A stretch of 64,000 nucleotides of DNA from Eledone cirrhosa. Its lineage: Eukaryota. Where the stretch lies: assembly GCA_964016885.1 (NCBI GenBank), contig OZ024743.1, positions 258,230,001 through 258,294,000 on the forward strand. The letters run 5' to 3'. Under the pieces are notes generated by a model. The model did no database searches. It saw only the letters and a program-made list of their open reading frames with translations, and was not told where the DNA came from. A program made the position numbers and the translations under genes. Positions 13,465-24,468 of this stretch are shown piece by piece (the first letter of the stretch is position 1; the number at the start of each line of letters is the position of its first letter).

Positions 13465-13760
13465 ATCATCATCATCATTTTACCTCCGCCTTTTCCCTGC
13501 TTGCAAGGGTGAGACGGGAACTGATTCTGGCTTGATTTCTACAGCTGGATGCCCTTCCTATCACCAACCTCATTTACAGTGAGTGCTGGGTGCTTTTTTT
13601 CCGTGGTGCCTACACGTCCACTTTACAGTGTGGGCTGGGTGCTTTTTTGCTGTGACACCTCCACGACCACATTCCAGTGGAATTATAGGGACCCCAGTCC
13701 CTATCATTTCATTTCAACAGCTGAGTAAACTGGAGCAATGTGAAATAAAGTGTCTTGATC

Positions 13761-13765
<5 letters not shown>
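13465..13765 (-). mobile_element. SINE family A, 5'-truncated
   Basis: CORE-like segment plus RTE-like tail with two UTR sub-repeats and an (ATG)n end. Confidence 0.85.
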
Positions 13766-13798
<33 letters not shown>

Positions 13799-13802
13799 GT
13801 AT

Positions 13803-16058
13803 ATCATCATCATCATCATCATCATCAACGTTTAACGTCCGTGTTCCACGCTTGCATGGGTTTGGACGGGGGTAGTCCCACTTGAGGCAAGAGTGATTGT
13901 CTTGCTCGCATAGGACTGTCTGGCAGGTTTTCTACAGTTGGATGCCCTTCCTAACACCAACCACATTTACAGTGTGGGTCTGGGAGGTTTTTACCGTGTT
14001 GCCTACACGGCCACATTACAGCGTGGACTGTGTGTTTTTTTGTCGTGACACCTACACGATCTCATTTGTTTCGGCCTGGATGGCGCGGCACCAACATAAC
14101 TTTACATAGGACGGGGTGGTGTGGATGGGTGGGGGTGGTGGCGGGACGGGGTGTATTTTGTTAGAGATGCCTACTGGCAAGGCGGGTCTTCTCTGTTACT
14201 GAGTACCGCCAAAGGTCTCGGTCCAGTGACATTGTCTTGGAGAGGTGTAAATGTGTGAGGTCGGAGTTTATCAGCTCGTCCCAGGTTTTTCTAGGTCTGC
14301 CTATTCCGTGGCTACCGTCTATCTTTATTGCCCTGCACTTTGTTATACAGCTATCGACTTTCATGCGCATCACGTGTCCATACCAACGTAGCCTTCTCTC
14401 GAGTAAACAACATCTGATCCCTCTTATCTCTAATTTTTTCCTTAGTTCGTTTATGCTTTGCCGTTCACGTATATTACTGTTACACATCCAGCGGAGCATG
14501 CAAGCTTCGTTCCTCTCTAGTCTGCGTATATCCTCTGCACACAATGCCCAGGTCTCACTGCCATGCAACATTGCTGTTCGTATGCAGGCATCGTACAACC
14601 TGCCTTTCATTTTTAGGGAGAACCCTTTAGCAGCTAATAGTGGTATAAGCTCTCTGAACTTTTTCCAACCAGTTCTGACTCTAGCTACAGTACTTTCAGA
14701 GCACCCTCCCCCACTGCTGATTTTATCGCCCAGGTAACGGAAGCTGTCCACTATTTCTATAGAACCCTCTGCGCAATTGAAAGAGCTAGTATTTTGTGGG
14801 CACTTGCTGCTACTTATTGCACCAGAACACCGGCCACATGTAAAATCTATGTTCTTAGTTAGCTTACCTGTGATCCCACTACATCTTTTATGCACCCATA
14901 CTTTGCATTTAGGACATAAAATGGAGTTTCTACCTACGCCTTTCCTACACACCGAGCACGACCATTTCCCAGAAGGGACCGCCGCCTTGTTTTCTTTCCT
15001 ACAAACTAGAACTTTGGTCTTAGCCAGGTTAATTTTAAGTCCTTTTGACTCTAGGCCGTGCTTCCATGTTTGGAATTTCTTCTCTAGCTCGGCCATTGAT
15101 TCCGCTATGAGTGTCAGGTCGTCTGCGTATAGGAGTTCCCATGGGCAGCCTGTCTTGAACTCCTCTGTTATAGCCTGAAGGGCAATAATAAATAGTAGGG
15201 GGCTGAGAACAGAGCCCTGATGGACGCCAACTTTTACGCTAAACTCTTCACTATATTCGTTGTTAATTCTAACCTTGCTGACTGTTTCTTTATACATGGC
15301 TTGTATAGCCCTCACAAGCCATTCGTCAACGCCTAGTTTTCTAAGAGCCCACCAGATAATGGAGCGGGGGACTCTGTCGAAGGCTTTCTCCAAGTCGACA
15401 AAAGCTAAGTAGAGGGGTTTACCTTTAGCTATGTACTTCTCCTGTAGTTGTCGTACTATGAAAAGAGCGTCTGTGGTACTTTTGCCTGACACAAACCCGA
15501 ACTGCATTTCATCTAGGTCAATTCTCTCTCTGATTAGTTGCGCTATTACTTTTTCCGTGACCTTCATGACCTGGTCGATTAATTTAATGCCTCTATAGTT
15601 ACTCCTATCTAGGGCATCTCCTTTACCCTTATAACAGTTAACGATGATGCTGCTATGCCAGTCCTTCGGAACAACCCCATTCTGTACGACTTGGTTAACT
15701 ATGCGGGTGACCATGGTGTGTCCCACCGTGCCAGATGCCTTCAGCATCTCAGCAACTATTTCCGAAGGCCCAGCCGCCTTACCTGTCTTCATATCCTTGA
15801 TTGCCTTACTTATTATACTCCCCTCGACTAACACTGCTGGTCCCTCTATTGGGTCGACATGGGGGAGACTGTCTTTCTCCCATTTATTCTCCTCATTTAG
15901 TAGCCTTTCATAGTGACACTTCCAAGCTACCTTCTTATCAGTGTCGGTGATGGCAAGTATGCCATCATCGTTAAGTACACACTTCTCCCCGACAATATCA
16001 CGGTTTTCCTTGACGCATTGCCTAGCAATCCTGAACACCTCACGTTTTTGGTCATCGA
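13803..16058 (-). mobile_element. RTE-clade LINE subfamily A, young 2.25-kb 5'-truncated copy
   Basis: Uninterrupted RT ORF, 3' UTR and (ATG)n tail. Both ends abut (TA)n. Confidence 0.97.
14161..16038 (-). CDS. RTE LINE ORF (RT with embedded PHD finger, C-terminal domain), 5'-truncated
   Basis: KGKGDALDRSNYRGI, QFGF, FVDLEKAFDRV, GVHQGSVLSPLLF, LLYADD, FRYLG, RRLRWYGHVMRM. Confidence 0.95.
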   Translation of the reverse strand: MFRIARQCVKENRDIVGEKCVLNDDGILAITDTDKKVAWKCHYERLLNEENKWEKDSLPHVDPIEGPAVLVEGSIISKAIKDMKTGKAAGPSEIVAEMLKASGTVGHTMVTRIVNQVVQNGVVPKDWHSSIIVNCYKGKGDALDRSNYRGIKLIDQVMKVTEKVIAQLIRERIDLDEMQFGFVSGKSTTDALFIVRQLQEKYIAKGKPLYLAFVDLEKAFDRVPRSIIWWALRKLGVDEWLVRAIQAMYKETVSKVRINNEYSEEFSVKVGVHQGSVLSPLLFIIALQAITEEFKTGCPWELLYADDLTLIAESMAELEKKFQTWKHGLESKGLKINLAKTKVLVCRKENKAAVPSGKWSCSVCRKGVGRNSILCPKCKVWVHKRCSGITGKLTKNIDFTCGRCSGAISSSKCPQNTSSFNCAEGSIEIVDSFRYLGDKISSGGGCSESTVARVRTGWKKFRELIPLLAAKGFSLKMKGRLYDACIRTAMLHGSETWALCAEDIRRLERNEACMLRWMCNSNIRERQSINELRKKLEIRGIRCCLLERRLRWYGHVMRMKVDSCITKCRAIKIDGSHGIGRPRKTWDELINSDLTHLHLSKTMSLDRDLWRYSVTEKTRLASRHL

Positions 16059-16068
16059 TACATATATA

Positions 16069-16945
16069 CGAGGTGAGTCAGAAAAGTTCCAGGACTGATG
16101 TCACAAAAGATTTATTTCAAACCCAAACTTCACACTAAGTAATCCCTCTGTAGTCTAATGCACTTTTCCATCTTTTTCTGCCACGCTTGCATGCACTCCT
16201 AGAAGGATTCTTCCAGGATCCTCTGCAGTTCCGTCGTCACGGCCTTTTTGATGTCATCCACGTCTTCAAAACGGGTCCCCTCCGGGTCGTACTCGAAGAT
16301 CCATGACTCATCACCGGTGATGACTGTCCCTAGCAAGTCTGGTTTGGTTTCAAGATGCTCGAGGATGTCTTAGCACACTTACATGCGTCGACCCTTCTGG
16401 TCATCGTTCAGCAGTTTTGGCACCATCTTCGCGCAGACTTTCCACATGTCCAAATCTTCAGTGAGAATCTTCCAGACGCTGTTGCAATTCATGCCCAGCT
16501 CATTTGCCATCAGTCGAACAGTCAACCGACGATTGCTACGCACCATCTGCCTGACACACTCAATGTTGACCTCTGTCCTGGTTGAGGGCCTTCCGCTCCT
16601 GGGGTCATCTTCCACGTCCTCGCGTCTTTCTTTAAACCTCTTGCACCACTCAAAAACACATGAGCGTGACATCGTCTCATCTCCATACACTTGCTGCAGC
16701 AATCCCAGTGCTTCTGACGGAGTTTTCAAGTTTCTTCGTTGCTCTGTGCTTATTGCTTGACCACCTGAAACAGAGGACATGTATATGAAATTATGAATAA
16801 AAAAGTTTAATCGCTAGCAGAGAGCTAAGATTACAGTTACATACTCCAGGGGGATTACTTTAAAGGAGAAAACTCTTAGTGTGAAGTTTGGGTTTGAAAT
16901 AAATCTTTTGTGACATCAGTCCTGGAACTTTTCTGACACATCTCG
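16069..16945 (-). mobile_element. Mariner (Tc1/mariner) transposon, internally deleted
   Basis: About 70-bp TIRs (cgaggtgagtcagaaaagttccaggactgatgtcacaaaagatttatttcaaacccaaacttcacactaag) flanked by TA. Encodes DDPRSGRPST, KVCAKMVPKLL and ITGDESWIFEYDPE fused directly to GTRFEDVDDIK, so most of the catalytic domain is lost. Confidence 0.95.
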
Positions 16946-16953
16946 TATATATA

Positions 16954-16985
<32 letters not shown>

Positions 16986-17070
16986 CATATATATACATAT
17001 ACATATATTTATATATATATACATATATATATACATATATATATATACATATACATATACATATATATAT

Positions 17071-17165
17071 ATTGTTTCCTTGAGCAAGACACTTTATTTC
17101 ACATTGCTCCAGTTTACTCAGCTGTAGAAATGAGATAATAGGACTGAGGTCCCTATCATTCCACA
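17071..17165 (+). mobile_element. SINE family A central fragment
   Basis: ccttgagcaagacactttatttcacattgctccag...ataggactgaggtccctatcattccac. Confidence 0.8.
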
Positions 17166-18450
17166 TTCTACCATTGTAGAATATACGAATACCAGGTACA
17201 AACGCCTAACAGAACTAAGAGAATTTTTGCTCAAACAAAAATACCCATCTCTACTTATAGAAAATGGCATACAGCAGGCTATAAAAATACCTATACAACA
17301 ACTTAGGACAACCCAAGGAAGAAGAAACCAAGAACTGGTCATACCATTTATAATGACACACAACCCATGTCACCAGAATATCTTCAACACTGCCAAAGCA
17401 AACCTCTACCGATCATTGCTCAAAGTAATGAATTAAAAGGCTTAATCACAGATCGATCTTTGACTCTTAGTAAAAGACAGCCGAAAAATTTAAAGCAATT
17501 ACTAACAAAAGCAAAGTTTGACCTTAACAACAAAGACCAATCATTCACTGTATCTAAATGCAATGATAGTCGATGTTGCACATTTCAATCCATACACGCC
17601 GGTCAATATATGAAAACAAAAACTGGAAAAATATTCCTAAATGCAAATATGAACTGCAAAAGCAGAAATCTAATTTACTGCATTAAATGCCCGAATTGTG
17701 AAGAACTATATGTCGGTCAAACTGGAACTGCACTATCGGAACGTGCACGGGTACACTGACAGCAAATCAGAGACCCAAATGTCCATCAGATACCCCTAAG
17801 TAACCATCTAGCAACATGTGGTCAGGGAATATTTATAATATTCCCATTCTACAAATTACACAGCCCAAGTGAAATCAAGAGAAAAATCAAAGAAAAGAAT
17901 TTTATTGATAAATTCAAACCCAAGCTAAATGAACAATGATAATGGGATATCCTACTATGACTATGACTACGACCACTAACAACAACAACAATAATAATAA
18001 TAAAAGTGATGTTGATGGTGATGATTACTAGAAAATGCTATTTTCATCATTTCTAAAAATAGCAAAACAATTGATGCTTTGGATAGGGTCAATTAGAGTC
18101 ATTAGACATGCTCAACCAACCGTGACGCCTAAACCAATCAACTTTAGTAATCCAGTGAAACTACACACCGATTGGTCGAAATACAGTTTGAAAGATTTAG
18201 CATTCTGGAGCCACTTTTCACTGTATATAAGGCACAAAATTTACCCATCTCATTACAGTTGAAAATTGCAAACTTGACTGTCAGCACACATTATGAACCT
18301 GAAGATTGCGAAAGCATGAAAGTACTTGTTCAATTAACACTTAACATTTAATATTCTACCATACTATTTCATTCTAATACCATTATACATTTTAAAGGAT
18401 TGTAAATAAAACGAGTAAATCAGACAAAGTTGGAATTCCTTTTATTAATA
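17166..18450 (+). mobile_element. Penelope-like element (Neptune-type), 5'-truncated: RT thumb, Cys linker, GIY-YIG, pseudo-LTR
   Basis: IPFIMTHNP; KRQPKNLKQLLTKAK; C..SRCC; NMNCKSRNLIYCIKCPNCEELYVGQT; H..IRD..HL..C; FPFYK..KEKNFIDKFKPKLN (ends near 17939). Then CCAAT/TATA-like sites, hammerhead and AATAAA. One frameshift and one stop. Confidence 0.9.
18294..18332 (+). ncRNA. Minimal type I hammerhead ribozyme in PLE pseudo-LTR
   Basis: tgaac-CTGAAGA-ttgc gaaa gcat-GAAA-gtac-TT-gttca, with palindromic stem III AGTACT. Confidence 0.75.
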
Positions 18451-18576
18451 CATATATATACACATGTATATATACATATATATATACACATGCATGTTTC
18501 ATATGTTCAAAATCATTCCAGAAATATGATGACTTCTCTCTTCATATATGCATAGTTCCACCTGTTTATCTCACTC

Positions 18577-19372
18577 CCAGAGACACAGAGCCACCTAGGG
18601 TACAGACCTCAGAGAGACACAGAGCCACCTAGGGTACAGACCTCAGACAGACACAGCGCCACCAAGGGTACAGACCTCAGAGAGACACAGAGCCACCTAG
18701 GGTACAGACCTCAGAGAGACACAGCGCCACCTAGGGTACAGACCTCAGAGAGACACAGAACCACCTAGGGTACAGACCTCAGAGAGACACAGAGCCACCT
18801 AGGGTACAGACCTCAGAGAGACACCCACTCACCTAGGGTACAGACCTCAGAGAGACACAGAGCCACCTAGTGTACAGACCTCAGAGAGACACCCAGTCAC
18901 CTAGGGTACAGACCTCAGAGAGACACAGAGCCACCTAGGGTACAGACCTCAGAGAGACACAGAGCCACCTAGGGTACAGACCTCAGAGAGACACAGAGCC
19001 ACCTAGGTTACTGCCTTCAGAGAGACACAGAGCTACCTAGGGTACAGATCTTAGAGAGACATAGAGCCACCTAGGGTACAGACCTCAGAGAGACACCCAG
19101 TCACCTAGGGTACAGACCTTAGAGAGACACAGAGCTACCTAGGGTACTGCCTTCAGAGAGACACAGAGCTACCTAGGGTACAGATCTTAGAGAGACATAG
19201 AGCCACCTAGGGTACAGACCTCAGAGAGACACCCAGTCACCTAGGGTACAGACCTTAGAGAGACACAGAGCTACCTAGGGTACAGACCTTAGAGAGACAC
19301 AGAGCGACCTAGGGTACAGACCTCAGAGAGACACAGAGCTACCTAGGATACAGATCTCAGAGAGACACAGAT
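18577..19372. repeat. 34-bp minisatellite, about 23 copies
   Basis: Unit cagagagacacagagccacctagggtacagacct, arranged head to tail with no spacers. Confidence 0.95.
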
Positions 19373-19432
19373 TCACCCCCTCACTCTCTCTCTCTCCCTC
19401 GCTCACTCTCTCTCTCTCTATATATATATATG

Positions 19433-19777
19433 TGGAGGCACATGGCTTAGTGGTTAGAGCATTGGGCTTGCAATGGAAAGGTTGTGAGTTCAATTCTCAG
19501 ACTGGGTGATGTGTTGTTTCCTTGAGCAAGACACTTTATTTCACATTGCTCCAGTTAACTCAGCTGTAGAAATGAGATGATAGGACTGGGGTCCCTATCA
19601 TTCCACTGCAAAGTGGTCATGGAGGTGCCATGACAAAAAAGCACCCAGCCCACACTGTAAATGAGGTTTGTGTTAGGAAGGGCATCCAGCTATAGAAATC
19701 AAGCCAGAGTCAGTTCCCGTCCCACCCTTGCAAGCAGGGAAAAGTGGACGCAAAATGATGATGATGATGATGATGAT

Positions 19778-19779
<2 letters not shown>
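19433..19779 (+). mobile_element. SINE family A, full length (tRNA head, CORE-like centre, RTE 3'UTR tail)
   Basis: A box TGGCTTAGTGG, B box GAGTTCAATTC, ccttgagcaagacacttta..ctcagctgtagaaatg, (ATG)n tail. Flanked by (TA)n. Confidence 0.9.
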
Positions 19780-19822
<43 letters not shown>

Positions 19823-20939
19823 AATGTAGATTTATGATGGGCAATCAGAGAAGAGTTGACACCCATCACCTTTTCAATTCGTCCTTTATATTCTGTTTCC
19901 TCTTTCTCTCTTTTCTACCACTACTACAATTGTCTCTGCTTCTCAATACTGACTGGCCTCACGCCAACGTTACTCAGACCCTCCACACTTACACACTCAT
20001 CTATTCTCTTATCTGCATTGTTAGGTCCAACCCAGCCCCTTAGGTCTCACATTAGCTACTTAATTAAGAACCCCAGCCCACTTGGCTCCTTCCCTCCTGA
20101 TGTCTACCCAGCAGTCACAGACATTATAACAAACAAATAGAAATTAAGATTAGCTTAGGGAAACATTTTAAATGAGTCAATATCATGAATTTGGAAACAT
20201 AAATCAAAGGTTAATGTCCTAAAATCTCTTCTAAAAACAAAAGCAATTAAATTAAATTAATTTGAAATTCCCATTTAATTGGAGAAAGAAAACAAAAATA
20301 TATTCATTGTTAGCAAATCTCAAAGAAACAGAAAGAATTTGAAAGAATTAAGAATTCATCTTTGAAAATGTATTTAAATGAAAACAAAGTAGAATAGTAT
20401 GTAGAAGACATTGTGAAATGTATGTTTAAAATTGTTTTAGGAAGGTCAGTACTCTGCATGCTAAAAATAAAGGAATGAAAATGGGAACAAATATGATTAA
20501 ACAGTTCACAGTTTTAGGGGCAAGAGAGCCTGATCCTTGTTTTTATTGAAGTGTGAAGAATTACCAGTAATATCTTTAAATTCTCAATAATTCTCAAAGC
20601 CAAGATTGATGGATGGGCAAAATAAGTAGAACATCAAATAATTGCAATATTTATTCTGGTCCTTTACATTCTACTGAGGTCAATGTTTAGCTTTCATCCT
20701 TACAGGGTTAATAAAATAAAGTACCAGTTGATAATCAACTTTATCATTCTCCTAAAATGTTTTTGCCTTACCCTTGGATTAGAAATCAATAATTGTCAAG
20801 GTCATTTAATCTATGGTTAGAATAGTCAAAGACATTTATCTTCTTCGAAAACCAGATCAAAGCCTGAACCATAGACAATTACATCATTTATCACAATTTG
20901 TTTCATGTTACTTTATATCTTCATCACTTTACATTCGAG

Positions 20940-21350
20940 TTTTATCATGGTTTCTACAGCTGGATACTCGTACAAATGCCATCCACTTTACAGAGTGTAT
21001 TTGATGCATTTTATAATGGTACCAGTACCAGTGAGGTTGTCATATTGTTGACATGACAAAAGAGTCCTCTCAATCTGTTGTTTAGCATACGTCATACAGC
21101 TAGATGCTCTTCCTAATTCCCAACAACTTTACAGAAAGTACTGTATGCATTTTATTATGTCATCAACCCTAGGGAGACCATTATATCTTTCATGTGACAG
21201 ATGTGTACTTTCAACCCTTTGTTTGTCATGGTTTTTACTGCTCTTCCTAATACCAGCAACTTTACAGAGTGTACTGGAAGTTAATTTATCATGGCAACAG
21301 CACTAGAAATGTTGCTATATCCTTCACAGGACTCAAATGTCTTCTCACCT
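20940..21350. repeat. Degenerate tandem array (about three 140-bp units) containing the RTE 3'UTR motif
   Basis: Recurring tacagctggatg..cttcctaa..ccaaca.ctttacaga.gtactg. A similar array lies at 925-1165. Confidence 0.55.
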
Positions 21351-21577
21351 CTTGTTGGGTGTGGTTTCGGTATATTTATTCATATATTTTCCAATTATTT
21401 ACTATTGATATTTTTTGATGTTTTGTGGAATTTTGAAGCCAATGAAGGTGAATATTTATCAGAAAAATCTTAACAGAATCTCAAATAAGCTTCTTTTAAT
21501 TCCTAATCTGATGTGTTTAATATAGATTCTATTTGGCAAACATATCTTTTCCAATGATAAGAAGAAATAAACCAAAA

Positions 21578-21634
21578 TCTATTATCTAGAAATTCTCAAG
21601 AAATATTTCTTCTTGAGAATTTCTAGATAATAGA
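21578..21634. repeat. Perfect inverted repeat, 25-bp arms, 7-nt loop
   Basis: tctattatctagaaattctcaagaa / ttcttgagaatttctagataataga. Confidence 0.9.
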
Positions 21635-21794
21635 TAAAATTGGAAATATCAATGAAATAAAAACATAATTTTGAAAATTAAATAATGTATTATCTTGTTT
21701 GGGATCGAATTCTCTTTGCCAAGAATTCATAGTAGTATTTTCAAACGTTTGTTGTTGCTATGATTATCACTATTTTATCGCTATTATTATTATT

Positions 21795-22305
21795 GCCATT
21801 CTGAGTTCAAATCCCGTCGAGGTTAACTTTGCTTTTCATCCTTACGGGGTCGATAAAATAAAGTACCAGTAATGCACTGGGTAATTGCTGGCCTTGTGCC
21901 AAAAGTAGAAACAATTATTATTATTGGCAGTGGATTGGCAGTATCCTTTTGAGTTCAAATCCCGCTAAGGTTAGCTTTACCTTTCATCTTTACAGGATCA
22001 ATAAAATAAAATACCAGTAACACACTGGGTCAATTTTATCGATTGTCCCTTCCCCAAAGTTGTTGGCCTTGTGCCTAAAACCATAAACCATTATTGTAAT
22101 CATTATTTCCATTAAGGGCGGTGGATTGGCAGTATCGGTAGAAGGTCGGACGCCATGTTTTCCAGCATAGTTACGTCCCTTTACGATCTGAGTTCAAATC
22201 CCGCCGAGGTTGACTTTGCCTTTCATCCTTACGGGGTCGATAAAATAAAGTACCAGTAATGCACTGGGTAATTGCTGGCCTTGTGCCTAAAGTAGAAACA
22301 ATTAT
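21795..22305 (+). mobile_element. Tandem cluster of three SINE family B copies (full copy at 22113-22305)
   Basis: ggcggtggattggcagtatcggtag (A-box-like), gagttcaaatccc (B box), gcctttcatccttacggggtcgataaaataaagtaccag, 3' end gccttgtgcctaaagtagaaacaattatt. Copies are separated by ATT repeats. Confidence 0.85.
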
Positions 22306-22329
22306 TTTCATTATTAGTTCAAATCCTGC

Positions 22330-22570
22330 TGAGTAAAGTGTCTCGTGCTATTTTCTGTATGCTGCATATATTTGTAAGTCGTGGGGTTTGGGTTATATAT
22401 CTGTCTGTATGTGAGAGTACCTATTATTATAGGGGCTGTTTCTCTGTTCACCATCCTAATTCAAGTTTCTATCTCCAGATCTTTATATTTGGATAATTTC
22501 TCCACTTCCTTGATAGATATATTGTCACCTTTGGGATTGATATCTCAATAGTTGTTGTTGTTGTATAGTC
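22330..22570 (-). pseudogene. R4/Dong-like non-LTR retrotransposon restriction-like endonuclease remnant
   Basis: DNISIKEVEKLSKYKDLEIE....ETAPIIIGTL...IQKIA. Confidence 0.7.
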
Positions 22571-22888
22571 ATCCATCCATAGGCCATGAACTCCTTATAG
22601 AGTTGTAGGTGCACCATCATGACTTATGATATGTCTTTGGCATGTTAAACCTGGTAGAACCCATCCCTCTTAGAGTTTGGACTCAATCAATTTCTTTCAG
22701 AGTATTAGAGAGAGAGAAGGAATCAACTCCTGTACTGAACAGGTACTTTATGAATATTGGAAATATGAAAGGCAAAATTGACATCAGTAGGATTTGAACA
22801 TGATGCAAAGAACAAGATTGAATATTGCAAAGCATTTTATCTAACATTCTAACGATTCTGCCAGTTTACTACCTTCATATAATATATA

Positions 22889-23555
22889 TACTGTGTTGTC
22901 CCTATCATAAGACCTACTCCAAAAATAAACCCTAGCCTGATTTTTATGATGCTGTCCAATATAAGCCCTGGAAATAAGTCTGAGCACATTTTTGTGAGAT
23001 TAATTGATATAAAAAATAAGAGTCTTGCAAATTACTAATATAATAAATTATTTTTATGATATCGTTTTTAACTTTATATTATACGTGTATCCTTGATTTT
23101 AATGAATTATGATACGGCTGTTTCAAATTTTAATATTTTTAGCCTGTTTTAACTTTTTGCTGGAAAATACAGAATGCTTGAAATAAAATTACTGAGAACT
23201 GTGTCATCAATGTTCTAATAGCAACAGGCCATTTAGACAAGAAGTATCCATTTGAAGAAAGTCACATTGTCAAATGTGAAAAGTTTGGAACTTTTGTTCT
23301 ACAGGAATTATGATCACAAGTAAAAACTTGATGTTCACGATTTAAATCTAGCGAGTCATGATGACATGACAGTATTTGAATAAATACATCTTTTATTTAT
23401 TTTTTTTTTTATATCAGTATAATGATACTTTTATCAAAACTGTTGTGCCACTATTTTTATATGTAAAGATATACCGCTATCCCGAAAATAAGCTCTAGTG
23501 CCTTTTTTTTAAGGGTAAATTAATAAAAGACCTATCTTATAATAGAGGAAATATG

Positions 23556-23558
<3 letters not shown>
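22889..23558. mobile_element. Old Tc2/pogo-like non-autonomous DNA transposon
   Basis: Imperfect TIRs tactgtgttgtccctatcataagac / tcttataatagaggaaatatggta, with subterminal aaaataag.cct repeats. Confidence 0.55.
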
Positions 23559-23611
<53 letters not shown>

Positions 23612-24468
23612 ATGTGTATAAAGGTACAGAGATAACAAAAACAGTGTAAGTAAATGTGTCTACAAATTTCCGGACATGTAAACCTGTCCAAATTTATGTA
23701 TTTTGTAAATTGAATAAAAAAACGATAAATATCTTGAATTGATTTTCCAACCATTTGGGGGTTTTCATTTGAAGATATGTATATCATCTAAACAAGCAAG
23801 AGGAAATAAATACATAACTGAGGGTTGTATATGCTCTGTCACTTATAGTAGTTTCCTGAAATGGACGTATCAAATTGCATGTTATTAGCACTTATGTTGG
23901 TAATTAATTTTCATACATTTTATATATTGTGTGCTAGAAGCTGAAGTATATGATAAGCCTATATCTGTAGGTATACAGCACAGAGTTAACTAAGATTGCA
24001 TAAATCATTGTTTTACATTCGCTTTTCCATGTTTGACAGCTCTTTTCCAGAACAGCATCCCTTTATTTGCTGTGGTCCTTTGTCATCTCTTCTGAGAGTT
24101 TCAGCGATTTAAGATCAACTCTTACAACCATGGATGCACATAAATTTAGACATTGCTCAATGTGTAAATCTTTGTAACTTTTAAACAAATATATCTTTCA
24201 AGTTAGATATTTATTGACAAGTGAAACAAAACTTCTTTGAGTTTAATTTTTCTTGACATATTACAATATTGATATAGCCAGAAGAACAACATATAAACAG
24301 ATTTGAAGGAAATAATATATAACAAAAAACTGGAAGAGAAATAAAATTCAAATCATTTACAAATATAAAATGAAAGCATTCATGGTTTTTTTTTTTTACA
24401 AATATATGAGATTAAAAGTGAAATATTGTTATATAAGATGTTTTTTAGCTTGATTTATTAAATATCAT

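Noticed and set aside
17757-17759. In-frame TGA in the PLE GIY-YIG domain as selenocysteine (as in Naiad PLEs)
   Set aside because: The position fits Arg in H-R-Q-Q-I, so a CGA>TGA change is simpler. The endonuclease is C-terminal, the copy also has a frameshift, and I saw no SECIS.
18577-19372. CRISPR-like array
   Set aside because: The units are contiguous with no unique spacers, the context is eukaryotic and there are no cas genes.
19433-19510. tRNA gene
   Set aside because: It has A and B boxes but no intact cloverleaf, and it continues into the SINE body.
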